42,147 bases of DNA from a virus, in the IMG/VR virus record IMGVR_UViG_3300045988_041214, positions 1 to 42,147 of that record; one strand, given 5' to 3'. Made by a program: the position numbers and the translations under genes. How positions within the stretch are numbered: position 1 is the stretch's first letter; each line of letters starts with the position of its first letter. Below, in pieces: positions 23,092-33,991 of this stretch. Below the pieces are notes generated by a model that saw only the letters and a program-made list of their open reading frames with translations, was not told where the DNA came from and ran no database searches.

Positions 23092-26061
23092 ATGGCTGGT
23101 GGGAGTGAGCTTGGTTCCGCGCATGTGAGCATTTTCCCGCAGATGAATGGCTTCCGCCAGTCCGTGGCGAAGGAGACCGGTAAGGCCGTCGGCGACATGA
23201 AGACGGCCTTTGGCAAGGGCTTCAATGGGGCGCAGCAGGGCAAGAAGGTCGGCAGTGCCTTCAAAAGCGGTTTCAACAGTGGTGCGGCCGAGCTGAATTC
23301 CGAAGCCCTGAAGTCCTTTAAAAAGGACGTGGCTCAAGCCTCACAGAAGAATACTGAAGCCTTGCTGAAATTCAAGTCGGCTGGCGTGCAGGTGCAGGCC
23401 GCGCAGGAGAAGCTGAACGCGGCCACACAGAAATATGGCGCGGACAGCACGCAGGCTCAGGCTGCGGCCATCAAACTCGAACAAGCTCAAATCAAACAGA
23501 AGACGGCGGCTGACAATCTCAAGGCGGCGTCCGACAACCTCAAGACGGCGCAAGGACGGCTCAAGGACCTCGAAACGCAATTGGCGGCCGAATCCGACAA
23601 GTCCAAGAATGCGTTCAGCCGTATGGCTTCCGGCTTCACCTCAACGGCCCAGCAGATCGTCGGCAAGATTCCAGGCGTGAACGCGGCGGTGCAGAAGATC
23701 AGTTCGACGGCTGGCGAGGTCACGTCCAACATCAAAAGCAAGTTTTCGGCTGCTTGGAATGCTTTGCCGGAGGGTGCGCGTAATGCGGCCGCGAAGGCCG
23801 GTAATGCGTTGCATTCGGGTTTGAGCAAGGCTTCCGGGTTCGCGTCGAAGGCGGTGTCCGGTATCGGCAAGGCGGCTAAGGGCATGGCCACCGTCGTGTC
23901 CGGCGCCGCTGCCGCCGCTGGCGGATATCTGGCGAATTTCGGCAAGCAGGCCGTGGATGCGGCCCTCAAGGCCGGTGAGGTCACTGCTAAATTCCAGCAG
24001 GTCGCCAAAAACAACAATTGGACCGAGGAAGAGCAGAAGTCCCTGCTCAGTCTGAATAAGACGCTTGGCCAGACCGGCGTCATATCCGGTGGCACCTTGA
24101 AGGCCGCTCAGGCACAGCTCGGCACTTTCGCGCTGACGGCGGATCAGGTCAAGACTTTGACGCCAGCATTGGCCGACATGATCGCCAATAACAAGGGTTA
24201 TAACGCAACCGCTCAGGATGGCGTGCAGATCGCTAACCTGCTCGGCAAGGTCATGACCGGCTCGGCTACCGCATTGAGCAAATATGGCGTGACGATGACC
24301 GACGCCCAGAAAAAGACCTTGCAGGAGGGCACGGCACAGGAGAAGGCCGCTATGGCCGCCCAAGTGTTGGAGGCGAATTTCGGCGGCATCAACAAGGCTC
24401 TTGCGGAGACTCCGCAGGGCAAGATGACGATCTTGCAGCATGAGATTGCCGGTTTGAAGACTTCGGTCGGCAATGATCTGATTGCGGCTTTCGGTGGTGT
24501 CGGTGGTGCGGTCATCAAGATGGTGCAGGCTGTCGAACCACTCATCACAGCTTTCTTCGACAAGGTGGCCGCACTGGCCGAGAAGATCGGCCCGCCACTT
24601 GAAAAAGTGTTCGGTGGTATCGCCGACAAGATCAGCAAAATCAATTTCAGCGGCTTCATGGGCCAATTGTCTGGATTGTCCGGCCCTATCGCAGCCGTGA
24701 CCGGCTTGCTGGGTGCGGCTGGTCTTGGTGGCGCGTTGAGCGGCTTGAGTGGCGTGCCGGTGATTGGCGGATTGCTGTCGAAGTTCGGTGGCGTCCTGTC
24801 TGGTCTTGGCGGGCCTATCACGCTGGTGATTGGCGCTCTGGCCGGCCTTATCGCCACGAGCCCGCAATTGCGCAGCGAATTCGGCACGATGCTCAAGAAT
24901 GTTTTCGTCAGCTTGCAGCAGGCATTCCAAATGCTTCAGCCGTCGATTCAGACGCTCATGACGGCTTTGAGTCAATTGGCGGCAGCTGTCATGCCTGTCA
25001 TCACCAATCTCGTCGGCCAGATCATTCCACTGCTAACACCAATCATTTCCACTTTGGTGGGTGCTTTGGTACCTGCCATTCAGGGCATTCTGACCGTGGT
25101 GACCACCGTCATTCAGGCGATCACTCCGGCCATCCAAGGCGTCCAGCCGGTTGTCACGGCGGTTGTCGCGGCCATTACTGCGGTGATTCAGGCGCTCATG
25201 CCGGTCATCTCGCAGATCAGCAGTCTCATCACTGACGTGGTGGCTGCGATCACTCCGGTGATTCAGGGCCTTCAGCCTTTGGTTACGACGGTGGTGCAGG
25301 CGATTACCAGCGTGATTCAGGCGCTGGTGCCGGTGATTCAGGCTCTCGCGCCATTGGTGTCCACGATTATTTCCGCGATCGTCGGCTTCATCAGCTCGAC
25401 ACTGCTGCCGACTATCCAAGCGATGCTGCCATTCATCCAAGGCATCATCAATGGCATCACGATGGTGGTCAAGGGCATCGTCAATGTCATCCAAGGCGTC
25501 ATCAATCTGGTGACCGGCCTGATTCATGGCAATTGGAGCCAGGCGTGGAATGGCTTTAGTCAAATTGTGCATGGTGTTGTGCAAGGCGTGCTCGGCTTTT
25601 TGGGTGGCATTGGCAGTGCGATTATCGGCATCTTCGCTGGTGCTGGCACGTGGCTGTGGAATGCCGGCGCGTCGATCATCAATGGTCTGCTCAATGGTCT
25701 GAGGGCGGCTTTCGGCAAAGTTAAGAGCTTTGTGAGTGGCATCGGCGATTGGATCGTCAAACATAAGGGTCCTCTCAGCTACGACAAGGTGATGCTTAAG
25801 CCTGCTGGCTTGGCGATCATGCAGGGCTTTGACAAGAGCCTTAAGGCTGGCTGGAAGGACGTGCAGCGCACTGTCAATGGCATGAATGCGCAGATCAATG
25901 GCGGTTTCGATGTGGATGCGTCGAAGTCGGGGCGCGCGAATGTCAGCAATGGCGGTGGCGGTGCCACGTATGTCACGCAGACGTTCAATTATCCCGCGAT
26001 CGCGCCCACGTCGATTTCGACGCAGCAGAAATTGCAGACTGCGGCGATGCCGCAATGGTGA
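23092..26061 (+). CDS. Tape measure protein
   Basis: 989 aa, Ala/Gly-rich, with coiled-coil and hydrophobic repeat regions. Position matches. Confidence 0.9.
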   Translation: MAGGSELGSAHVSIFPQMNGFRQSVAKETGKAVGDMKTAFGKGFNGAQQGKKVGSAFKSGFNSGAAELNSEALKSFKKDVAQASQKNTEALLKFKSAGVQVQAAQEKLNAATQKYGADSTQAQAAAIKLEQAQIKQKTAADNLKAASDNLKTAQGRLKDLETQLAAESDKSKNAFSRMASGFTSTAQQIVGKIPGVNAAVQKISSTAGEVTSNIKSKFSAAWNALPEGARNAAAKAGNALHSGLSKASGFASKAVSGIGKAAKGMATVVSGAAAAAGGYLANFGKQAVDAALKAGEVTAKFQQVAKNNNWTEEEQKSLLSLNKTLGQTGVISGGTLKAAQAQLGTFALTADQVKTLTPALADMIANNKGYNATAQDGVQIANLLGKVMTGSATALSKYGVTMTDAQKKTLQEGTAQEKAAMAAQVLEANFGGINKALAETPQGKMTILQHEIAGLKTSVGNDLIAAFGGVGGAVIKMVQAVEPLITAFFDKVAALAEKIGPPLEKVFGGIADKISKINFSGFMGQLSGLSGPIAAVTGLLGAAGLGGALSGLSGVPVIGGLLSKFGGVLSGLGGPITLVIGALAGLIATSPQLRSEFGTMLKNVFVSLQQAFQMLQPSIQTLMTALSQLAAAVMPVITNLVGQIIPLLTPIISTLVGALVPAIQGILTVVTTVIQAITPAIQGVQPVVTAVVAAITAVIQALMPVISQISSLITDVVAAITPVIQGLQPLVTTVVQAITSVIQALVPVIQALAPLVSTIISAIVGFISSTLLPTIQAMLPFIQGIINGITMVVKGIVNVIQGVINLVTGLIHGNWSQAWNGFSQIVHGVVQGVLGFLGGIGSAIIGIFAGAGTWLWNAGASIINGLLNGLRAAFGKVKSFVSGIGDWIVKHKGPLSYDKVMLKPAGLAIMQGFDKSLKAGWKDVQRTVNGMNAQINGGFDVDASKSGRANVSNGGGGATYVTQTFNYPAIAPTSISTQQKLQTAAMPQW

Positions 26062-26085
26062 CACACAAGTGAAAAAGGTGGTGCA

Positions 26086-26991
26086 ATGATTCTCACGGAT
26101 TATCTCATCAATGGTCAGCAGCTGACTGGTGAGCGTTCGAGCCTGATAGTCGGCACCACCCATTTCACAAGCATTAGCCCTCGTATTAATTCCGTGACCG
26201 TGAACGGCCGGTCCGGCGTCATGCTTCCGGCTGGGCCGGTGGCTTTCGATGCGCCGGAAATCACGCTGAAATTCATCACGGACGGGCCTGATGCGGATAC
26301 TCTGATGCACCGCTTCTACCGCTTGTGCCGTTTGGCTTCCAAGCTGACTCGCGTGGAGCGTGACACGGTATCCGGCTGGGCTCGGCGCATGACCGCCAGT
26401 GCGGTATGCACGTCATGTCAGCCGGACGGTGACGAGATTCCGTGGGATGACCACCGCGCGGCCACCGCCGTCTTCCAATTGCCGGACGTTTATTGGCAGG
26501 GGGAGCAGTGGCAGGAGCGCACCTTGGACGCGACCGGCGGCCTCCTGCTGGCCGGTAGTGTCGATAAGCCCAGTGACAAGGGGTATTGGACGCGCTGGGC
26601 TGGATTGCCGAACGCCTCGCCCTCGCAGCTTTTCGACACCATCCCCGGGGGCTGGCTGTCCAATGCACCACTCACCGCGCTGGCATTGCGTTTCGGTGCC
26701 GCAACCGCCGTCACGATCAGTGACCCGATAAGTGGCACGAATCTGCTGTGGGGTGGCAAACGCGACGCCTCACGACCTTATCTTTTCGTCGATGTGGCCA
26801 ATCGCAAGGCGTGGACGGCTGCCAACGCCGACGCATGGTCAGGCGGCACGGATGTGACGTCCGGCGTCGACTGGACCACCGAGCCACTGCAGGTGTGGCC
26901 CGCAATCGATTCCGGCGATTATCGCCTCGCAATCAAACAGACCGGCGGCACCGACAAGGTGACCTGCCGGTTTTTGCAATCCTGGGAGTGA
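26086..26991 (+). CDS. Distal tail protein (Dit-like)
   Basis: 301 aa following the tape measure gene. Confidence 0.7.
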   Translation: MILTDYLINGQQLTGERSSLIVGTTHFTSISPRINSVTVNGRSGVMLPAGPVAFDAPEITLKFITDGPDADTLMHRFYRLCRLASKLTRVERDTVSGWARRMTASAVCTSCQPDGDEIPWDDHRAATAVFQLPDVYWQGEQWQERTLDATGGLLLAGSVDKPSDKGYWTRWAGLPNASPSQLFDTIPGGWLSNAPLTALALRFGAATAVTISDPISGTNLLWGGKRDASRPYLFVDVANRKAWTAANADAWSGGTDVTSGVDWTTEPLQVWPAIDSGDYRLAIKQTGGTDKVTCRFLQSWE

Positions 26992-26994
26992 TTC

Positions 26995-29900
26995 ATGGCA
27001 AAGTCTCTGCATGCCCGTCTCGTGGCCTATCGTCCATTCGGTGAGCGTATCGGTGTGCTGGCCGAGCCGGTGAGCTTCAGCGCCAGCATGCTCCACGATG
27101 ACGATGGCGCAATCAGCATCGAATATTCCCTGCTGTCCGGTGACGCTCAGGCTTTCGACCGAGAGCTGACGGACGGCCTCGAAGTGGCAGTGGAGGTGTC
27201 GGACGGCAGCGGCTATCGTGAGCCGGACAATGCGCGTTTCGTCATCACCGGACGCTCCGGCAAGACCGATGACCGCACCAAGACCATCACTTATTCCGGT
27301 CAGTCGATTGGCTGGCTGCTGTCCAAGGCCGAAAACAACGACGCGAGCCATCTCATCGCCGATGGCGACAACAAGGGCAAAAGGCCATTTTATTCTTCCA
27401 ATCCGGGCACGATTCTCAAGACCTTGCTGGACGAAAATCGTCAGCGTGGTGGCGTGGCCACCGGCCTGACCTTGGGATTCGACACGTCCAAGGACGCGGC
27501 GGGCAGTAATTGGGCAAAAAAGTACACTCTGTACTATTCTCTTGGCACTGATTTGCAGACCATCCTGAGTGCTCTTGTCAATGGTGGCGGCTGCGACTGG
27601 CGCACGTCCGGCAGGACGCTCAAGCTGTGGAATGCGGATAGCACCGCCTTGAGCCGTGACCTGAGCAAGAGCGTCGTGCTCCAGCTTGCACGTGACATCA
27701 GCGAGGCACCCTTCGAGGAGTCCATCGCTGACCTCGCGTCCACCGTCCTTGTCGAGGGTGACAATAACCTCCTCTTCCGCATGGATAATCCGGCCGCGCC
27801 GACACCGTGGGGCAAGTGGGAATCCTATTCGTCGCAGGGCGGCGTGTCCGACAAGGACACCGCCCAGGCATTCATGCAATCCACGCTGGATGACGCGGCT
27901 CGTGTGCGTGGCCAGTACACGCGCGATCTGGTGACCGCGAATGTGGATAATCTGCCGCTCATCGACTATCATGCGGGCGATTGGATTACCGCCCCTACCG
28001 TGGCTCACGGCGAGAAGGTGCGCGTGCAGGAAATCGACCTGTCCATGCGCCAGAATGAGGGTTTAAGCGCCTCCATCGCCCTGAATGATATTAAGTATGA
28101 CGCTTCGGTGCGTCAGGCGAAGAAGATAAAGGGCATTACCGGTGGCGCGGCATTGGCTGGCAGTGAGAGCGGAACCACTGTCTCCACTGACCATGACCAT
28201 CGCGTGCCGAAAGCGCCGCTCGGCCTTGTGGTGCAAACTGATGCGTATATCGGCAGCGACGGTTTCGCCCACGGCTTGGCCACCGCCATGTGGTCCGCAG
28301 TGACCGAAGCCACGAATAACACGGCCATTGAGATCAGCAATTACGCCATCGAGTGGCGCAAGCATGTGGACGGTGCGCCGTGGCATGCCGCCGGCGCTAC
28401 CGACAAGCTCCAGCTCGGCTTCGGCAACCTGGACTGCGGCACTCAGATCGAGGTTAGGGTACGCGCCGTGCCGACATATTCCGACAAGCTGGGTGATTGG
28501 TCGGCTGTCGTGGTGGCCACCGTCGAATCCGATACGACGCCGTGCTCAGTGCCCTCCGAGCCGACAGTCTCATCCAAGCTAGGCGTGGTCACCGTCCACT
28601 GGGACGGCAGGACCTCCACCGGGGCGCGGATGGAGCCGGACTTCGACCATATCGAAGTAGGCGAAGGCGCTACCGCTGCTGGAATGCGCATCATCAGCGC
28701 CTCTCAGGCCGGCCAAGGCGATTACCTCATCACCGGTCTGACCGCAGGCTCGCAGCACTCCTATGCTTTGCGTTCCGTGGACCATGCGGGCAACCGCTCC
28801 GACTGGTCTGCGATTGCCACTGTGACCGTGGCGTCCGCCGCGTCGCCTGATGAGGTCAAGCAGATTCAAAAGGATTTGGCTGACAATCAGACGGCTTTGA
28901 AGGATAATGCGGCGAAGCTGACGCAGGCGCAGAAGGACATTGCGGCGAATCAGCAGGCGCAGGCCGCCACGTCGAAAGAGCTTGAAGCGGCCAAGGCCGA
29001 CATCAAGGCCAATCAGTCGGCGATCGGCACGGCCAACGCCACGCTGAAGGACAACACCGACAAGCTGACGCAGGCCCAGAAGGACATCCAAGCCAACAAG
29101 ACTGGTCTTGACGCGGCGTCCAAAACGCTTGCCCAGGCCAAGACCGATTTGACGCAGGCGCAGAAGGACATTGCCCAGACCAAAAGCGACCTGACCACCG
29201 CGAATGGCGAGATCAGCAAGGCCAAGGAATCGGCGGCGCAGGCGTATGCCGAAGCCCACTCGAAGAATCACACTTTTCGTGGGCCGGACGAGCCGAAGGA
29301 CAATCTGATCGTCGGCGACCTGTGGCTCAAGACGCAGAAGTATTGGACTCGCTGGCAGGGTGAGAAGAATAATTCGCCGTCCATGCTGGCCGACTTCTAC
29401 ACGTACTGGCAAGGAACACCCGACAACAGCCCCTCCGTGCTCGTGCCGCTCGCTGATCGCGTGATTGAGACGCTTGTCTGGGATGGCACCACGTGGAACC
29501 ACATGGGCTATGCCGACGTGGAGCGCAATGCCGACGAAATCGCTCAGGCGAAGTCCGACATCGCGGACAATGCCGCGAAGACCACCGACGCCAAGAAGAC
29601 CGCCGAGAATGCCGCTGCCGCCGCGAAAAACGCGCAGGGCACGGCTGACACGGCCACTGGTGCGGCGAAGACCGCGCAGGATACCGCCAATGCGGCCAAT
29701 ACCGCCGCGAAGAGCGCTACCGCGACCGCCGGTCAGGCCAAGGATGCGGCCAATGCCGCCCAGACCGCCGCCGAAAGCGCGAAGAAGACCGCAGGCAATG
29801 CGGAGACGCTGGCCAACACCGCCAACGAATCCGCGAAAGCCGCCAAATCCGACGCTTCCACCGCCAAGACGGATGCGGCCAATGCCAAGACCACCGCTGC

Positions 29901-32316
29901 CAATGCGTCGAGCGTGGCGACTCAGGCCAAGGCCACCGCCGATAGTGCGGCACAGTCCGCCACCGACGCGGCCACCGCCGCGAGGAAGGCGAATACCGCT
30001 GCCGCTGCCGCCGCTGGCGTGGCGAACGGCAAGGCCGACGTGCTTATCCAGGGCACGGCACCGGCCACGTCGATGCGCAAGGCTTCGACCTTGTGGATTG
30101 ACACCACGAACGGTGCGAACACGCCGAAGCGCTGGAATGGCAGTGCTTGGGTGGCTGTGACCGACAAGGCCGCTACCGACGCCGCGAATGCGGCTGTTAA
30201 GGCGAATGATGCGGCCAAGACCGCTCAAGCCACCGCCGACAAGGCTTCGACCGCTGCCGCCAACGCGGCTTCTCAGGCTAATCAGGCTCAGGCCGCAGCC
30301 AAGAAGGCGCAGACAACCGCCGACGGCAAGAACCTCATCTACCGTGGCCCCGACGAACCGAATCATGACGGTCTGAAGCCGGGCGACATGTGGTGGCGCA
30401 CGCAAAAGTATTGGACGAGGTGGAAAGGCGAGAAGAATAATTCGCCGTCCATGCTGGCCGACTTCTACACCTACTGGCAGGGAACGCCGAACGCTTCACC
30501 AAGCGTCTTGGTGCCGCTCGCTGACCGCGTGGTGGAAGTCCTGACATGGGACGGTACGAGATTCGAGCCATTCGACCTCGTGGCAAACAACATCCTCGCT
30601 GCTGGAACCGTGGCTGCGAAGCATCTCGCCGTAGATAGCGTGACCGCCGAGAAGGTCAAGGCCAATGCCATCACGGTGGACAAGCTCGCGGCCAACAGCG
30701 TGACCACTGAAAAGCTGGTGGCCGACGCGGTGACCGCCACGAAACTCGCCGCCAACTCGGTGCAGGCGCGGAACATCGTCGCACTGGCCATCACGTCCGA
30801 CAAGATTGCAGCCAATTCCGTGACCACGGCCAAACTCCGCGTCACTGAGGATATGACCGTGGCGCTGCTCAACGTCCACAAGATTCAAGCGAGCGACATT
30901 GCGGCTAATGCCGTGACCACTGCCGCTTTGGCTGCTGGCGCGGTAAACGCCGATAAGCTGGCCGCGAATGCGGTTACGGCGGGTAAGGTGCAGGCCGGTG
31001 CCATCGGCACCGACAAGCTCGCCGCCAATTCCGTGACCACGGGCAAGCTCAAGGTCACCAAGGATATGACCGTGGCGCTGCTGAACGTCCACAAGATTCA
31101 AGCGAGCGACATCGTGTCCGGTGCGATAACCGCCGACAAGCTGGCCGCTAACGCCGTGAACGCCGACAAGCTGGCTGCCAATTCGGTCAATGCGTCCAAG
31201 ATTGTCACTGGTGCGATCACAGCCGACAAGCTCGCAGCGAACTCCATCACTGCGGTGAAGATCGCAGCGGGCACCATCACGTCCGACAAGGTGGCGGCAG
31301 GCCAATTCAAGGGCTACGTCTTTACGGGCGCCGTCTTCCAGAGCTCCGAGGCCGCGAACACGGGCATGAAGCTCAATAGCACGGCTTTGCGGATGTGGGA
31401 TTCGAGCCATAACCAGACCGTCTATTTGGACGGTGAGGGCAAGTCGAATCTGCTGACCGGCACTTTCCAAACCCGCATCAGCGGGCACAGGGTGCGTATC
31501 AGCCCGGATTATCGGAGCAGCGTCATCGGCGGCACTGAGACTTTCGTGGGTGATGGCCTGGAATTCCCCGCTTACAACGGTTCGACGGCTTTTTACTCTC
31601 ATCCGGCCATTGCTTCTGTCATCAAGTCGAATCAGGTCGGTGCGATGGGCGGACTGGACTTGTGGAGCGGACACATCACTAAAAACGACCCTGCTGCTTT
31701 CCTTCGCCTCAATTCCAAGCCACGCGCGAAAGGCGGCACCGGCAGCGGCATCACCTCGCAGGCGTACCTCAAGGCCGACACGAACTGGGAAGAGGTCAAC
31801 AACAGCAAGAAAAGCGCCGCCAGCCTCAACCTCCAAGGCGTGGGTGGCTCCGGCGCAAGCGCGTATCTCTACGTGCGCAGTGATTCCGGCAGCTTGTGCG
31901 AGGTCGGCGTGCACTCGCAGGGCGCGAAGGCCCGCGCATACTGCACCGCCTCCGACGCTAACGGCGAAATCGGCGTGTTGTCCGACATCAGCACAGGCTG
32001 CCTCTACCTCGGCGGCTATCTCAGCGGCATCACAAACCGTCAGACATTTCAGGGTATTGCCGCGTCTAAGGTGTGGTGGCCGAATTCCGGCAGCACGATC
32101 GCGACCGGCGCATCAACGCAAATCAGCTGCCCGCTCAGCCCGACTAAATACGGCCGCTATTACGCGGTCGCGAACGCGGATTCACAATGGGCCGGCATCA
32201 TCGCGCACCCGGTAAACACGGGCGGCCAGAGCGGCTTCCAGTTGAAGCTTTACAACGCCGACCAGCCTTGCCCGGTCGAAGTGTGGGTCGAATACCTCGC
32301 CTATCTGGTCAAATGA
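26995..32316 (+). CDS. Tail-associated/receptor-binding fibre protein (1773 aa)
   Basis: Position after Dit. Ala/Lys/Thr-rich coiled coil, repeated AANSVT/AITADKLAA motifs and two W.G....S.S modules. Confidence 0.75.
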   Translation: MAKSLHARLVAYRPFGERIGVLAEPVSFSASMLHDDDGAISIEYSLLSGDAQAFDRELTDGLEVAVEVSDGSGYREPDNARFVITGRSGKTDDRTKTITYSGQSIGWLLSKAENNDASHLIADGDNKGKRPFYSSNPGTILKTLLDENRQRGGVATGLTLGFDTSKDAAGSNWAKKYTLYYSLGTDLQTILSALVNGGGCDWRTSGRTLKLWNADSTALSRDLSKSVVLQLARDISEAPFEESIADLASTVLVEGDNNLLFRMDNPAAPTPWGKWESYSSQGGVSDKDTAQAFMQSTLDDAARVRGQYTRDLVTANVDNLPLIDYHAGDWITAPTVAHGEKVRVQEIDLSMRQNEGLSASIALNDIKYDASVRQAKKIKGITGGAALAGSESGTTVSTDHDHRVPKAPLGLVVQTDAYIGSDGFAHGLATAMWSAVTEATNNTAIEISNYAIEWRKHVDGAPWHAAGATDKLQLGFGNLDCGTQIEVRVRAVPTYSDKLGDWSAVVVATVESDTTPCSVPSEPTVSSKLGVVTVHWDGRTSTGARMEPDFDHIEVGEGATAAGMRIISASQAGQGDYLITGLTAGSQHSYALRSVDHAGNRSDWSAIATVTVASAASPDEVKQIQKDLADNQTALKDNAAKLTQAQKDIAANQQAQAATSKELEAAKADIKANQSAIGTANATLKDNTDKLTQAQKDIQANKTGLDAASKTLAQAKTDLTQAQKDIAQTKSDLTTANGEISKAKESAAQAYAEAHSKNHTFRGPDEPKDNLIVGDLWLKTQKYWTRWQGEKNNSPSMLADFYTYWQGTPDNSPSVLVPLADRVIETLVWDGTTWNHMGYADVERNADEIAQAKSDIADNAAKTTDAKKTAENAAAAAKNAQGTADTATGAAKTAQDTANAANTAAKSATATAGQAKDAANAAQTAAESAKKTAGNAETLANTANESAKAAKSDASTAKTDAANAKTTAANASSVATQAKATADSAAQSATDAATAARKANTAAAAAAGVANGKADVLIQGTAPATSMRKASTLWIDTTNGANTPKRWNGSAWVAVTDKAATDAANAAVKANDAAKTAQATADKASTAAANAASQANQAQAAAKKAQTTADGKNLIYRGPDEPNHDGLKPGDMWWRTQKYWTRWKGEKNNSPSMLADFYTYWQGTPNASPSVLVPLADRVVEVLTWDGTRFEPFDLVANNILAAGTVAAKHLAVDSVTAEKVKANAITVDKLAANSVTTEKLVADAVTATKLAANSVQARNIVALAITSDKIAANSVTTAKLRVTEDMTVALLNVHKIQASDIAANAVTTAALAAGAVNADKLAANAVTAGKVQAGAIGTDKLAANSVTTGKLKVTKDMTVALLNVHKIQASDIVSGAITADKLAANAVNADKLAANSVNASKIVTGAITADKLAANSITAVKIAAGTITSDKVAAGQFKGYVFTGAVFQSSEAANTGMKLNSTALRMWDSSHNQTVYLDGEGKSNLLTGTFQTRISGHRVRISPDYRSSVIGGTETFVGDGLEFPAYNGSTAFYSHPAIASVIKSNQVGAMGGLDLWSGHITKNDPAAFLRLNSKPRAKGGTGSGITSQAYLKADTNWEEVNNSKKSAASLNLQGVGGSGASAYLYVRSDSGSLCEVGVHSQGAKARAYCTASDANGEIGVLSDISTGCLYLGGYLSGITNRQTFQGIAASKVWWPNSGSTIATGASTQISCPLSPTKYGRYYAVANADSQWAGIIAHPVNTGGQSGFQLKLYNADQPCPVEVWVEYLAYLVK

Positions 32317-32324
32317 TTGAATGA

Positions 32325-32906
32325 TTGGAGGAAATCTTGTCAGCGAGTTTTGAACGTGATGATAACGGATTGTGCATCATCCGCTGCGATCCGCCGGTGA
32401 ACGGGTCGGACAGTTTCGTGTTCGCGCCTGAGGTGATCGCATCGTGGAAGGCGTTGCTTGGATTGGCTTCGACCCGTGAAGCGATAGCGGCGATCATGCA
32501 GGGCAGGGAGGACACGAGCCGGTATGACCCGAAGACCGGAAGGGGCGTGTGGACCGGGGCGTTCGAGGCATTGGAGGCGGCTTTGGCGGATTCCGCGACC
32601 GACGTGAGCATGCTCGCTTCCGATGGGGAAGTGTTGGACGATCCGCTGACCGCCGCACGCAATGAGACGCGCGCGGGGATGCGATTGCCGGTCATGTCGA
32701 ATGAGACCGACGCGCGGATGCGTGCCGCGTTGACTGCTGATGGTTCCGGCGTGGAAGCGTCGAGTGGCATCGACGTGGCCTGCACGAAGGATGTCGAAGG
32801 ATTGGACGATTTCCTCAATGACGAGTCCAGTCAATCAAATTTGGACGAGTGCGAGGAGAGATTTTACCAATCCCTCATGCCACGACCTCAAAACAACCAA
32901 CAATAA
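32325..32906 (+). CDS. Hypothetical acidic protein
   Basis: ORF in the track. The real start is possibly the TTG at 32337, after GGAGGA. Confidence 0.55.
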   Translation: MEEILSASFERDDNGLCIIRCDPPVNGSDSFVFAPEVIASWKALLGLASTREAIAAIMQGREDTSRYDPKTGRGVWTGAFEALEAALADSATDVSMLASDGEVLDDPLTAARNETRAGMRLPVMSNETDARMRAALTADGSGVEASSGIDVACTKDVEGLDDFLNDESSQSNLDECEERFYQSLMPRPQNNQQ

Positions 32907-32917
32907 GGAGATTGATT

Positions 32918-33232
32918 ATGGCCGATGTGACCACTGAGACCACTACCGATACCGTGCCTACCGTGACGCCCGCCGAGCCGTCTGGCGTGCTTGATTTGCG
33001 TCCGCCGAAGGAGTCGGTGCGAGCGGAACTGTGCCGATTGGGATTGGAGTTTTCCAGCGCTGACGGCACCGCCGAATCGTGGCGCGACTACCAGCGTGGC
33101 GTGCTTGCGACGTTCGACGATTCCGGCGCGTCCGTCACGTTGACGGACGTGAAGACGAATCTCGGACGCACCTTGACACTCGACGAGCTTAAAGCCGTGA
33201 CTCGTATCGACACGATGACCGCCGCCGACTAA
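32918..33232 (+). CDS. Hypothetical protein
   Basis: RBS AAGGAG before the ATG at 32918. Confidence 0.6.
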   Translation: MADVTTETTTDTVPTVTPAEPSGVLDLRPPKESVRAELCRLGLEFSSADGTAESWRDYQRGVLATFDDSGASVTLTDVKTNLGRTLTLDELKAVTRIDTMTAAD

Positions 33233-33303
33233 TCCAGCATTCCAATTTTTTCAACCCCTGCAATCCACACGGATTGCGGGGGTTTCGTATTTAAGGAGAC
33301 ATT

Positions 33304-33477
33304 TTGACTCAGATTCCAGCCGACGCGAATCAGGTCATCGACCAGCTCGCACAACAGATCGGCGCACTCAACAAGCAAATCGCAATCCTTAACAGCCAAC
33401 TCGCGGCGGCCATGAAATTGATTCCGCAGGATGTGCTCGACGCAGCCAAGGGGGTGGATGATGACATTGAGGATTAA
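33304..33477 (+). CDS. Small coiled-coil protein (57 aa, TTG start, below the ORF-track cutoff)
   Basis: RBS AAGGAGA 5 nt before the TTG. Heptad-like sequence VIDQLAQQIGALNKQIAILNSQLAAA. Confidence 0.45.
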   Translation: MTQIPADANQVIDQLAQQIGALNKQIAILNSQLAAAMKLIPQDVLDAAKGVDDDIED

Positions 33478-33991
33478 CTGGTTCCCGGACCCGAACATCA
33501 CCGGCACCGCGCCCATTGGAGTGGCCAATGTGAAGGTTGACTACCCACTCGTTAACGGCCGCAAATGGATGCGTGCGATCCGCACAGGCACGGGAGACGT
33601 CCACGCTGAGTATGCCCTGTCCGACTCGCAGCTTCCACCGGCCGGCTCGTACCATGTACACACCAATGTCTACGCGCAGGAGGCCGAAGCCCGTTTCATT
33701 GTCTTCGTCAGGGTTAACGGCTCATATCAACAACTGCTCAACATGCCGGTCAGCAAAGACTATACCGTCATGGTGGACCAGACCATCACCATTCCGGCCG
33801 GCTGCTCTCAGCTGATCTTCCGCATCGCTCTTAACGGCCAAGCGGTCGGTGCGATAAGCATGATGAGCGATATCCTCATCGAACGCGCCGACACTTACGC
33901 CGCCTCCGTTGGGGGGGGCTTCCGGGCTTCTTCTCGGGGGACACGATGCCACGCGATTAAGACGGTCCGTCGGGCGGGTGATGTCCGATGA
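33458..33991 (+). CDS. Tail-associated beta-sandwich-like paralogue 1; C-terminus out of frame after a G8 tract
   Basis: Starts like actinophage minor-tail modules (INWFPDPN). After GGGGGGGG (33911-33918) the conserved ending LPGFFSGDTMPRD* lies in the -1 frame and would stop at 33960. Confidence 0.6.
   Translation: MMTLRINWFPDPNITGTAPIGVANVKVDYPLVNGRKWMRAIRTGTGDVHAEYALSDSQLPPAGSYHVHTNVYAQEAEARFIVFVRVNGSYQQLLNMPVSKDYTVMVDQTITIPAGCSQLIFRIALNGQAVGAISMMSDILIERADTYAASVGGGFRASSRGTRCHAIKTVRRAGDVR

Noticed and set aside
28579-30405. 608-aa minus-strand ORF, with similar long antisense ORFs at 23641..24975, 25033..26310, 30496..31914, 26839..28008, 6066..7208 and 16353..17261
   Set aside because: They lie antisense to clearly recognisable structural or recombination genes. 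They are Arg/Gly/Pro/His-rich with low complexity and lack RBSs. These are typical shadow ORFs of high-GC coding sequence.
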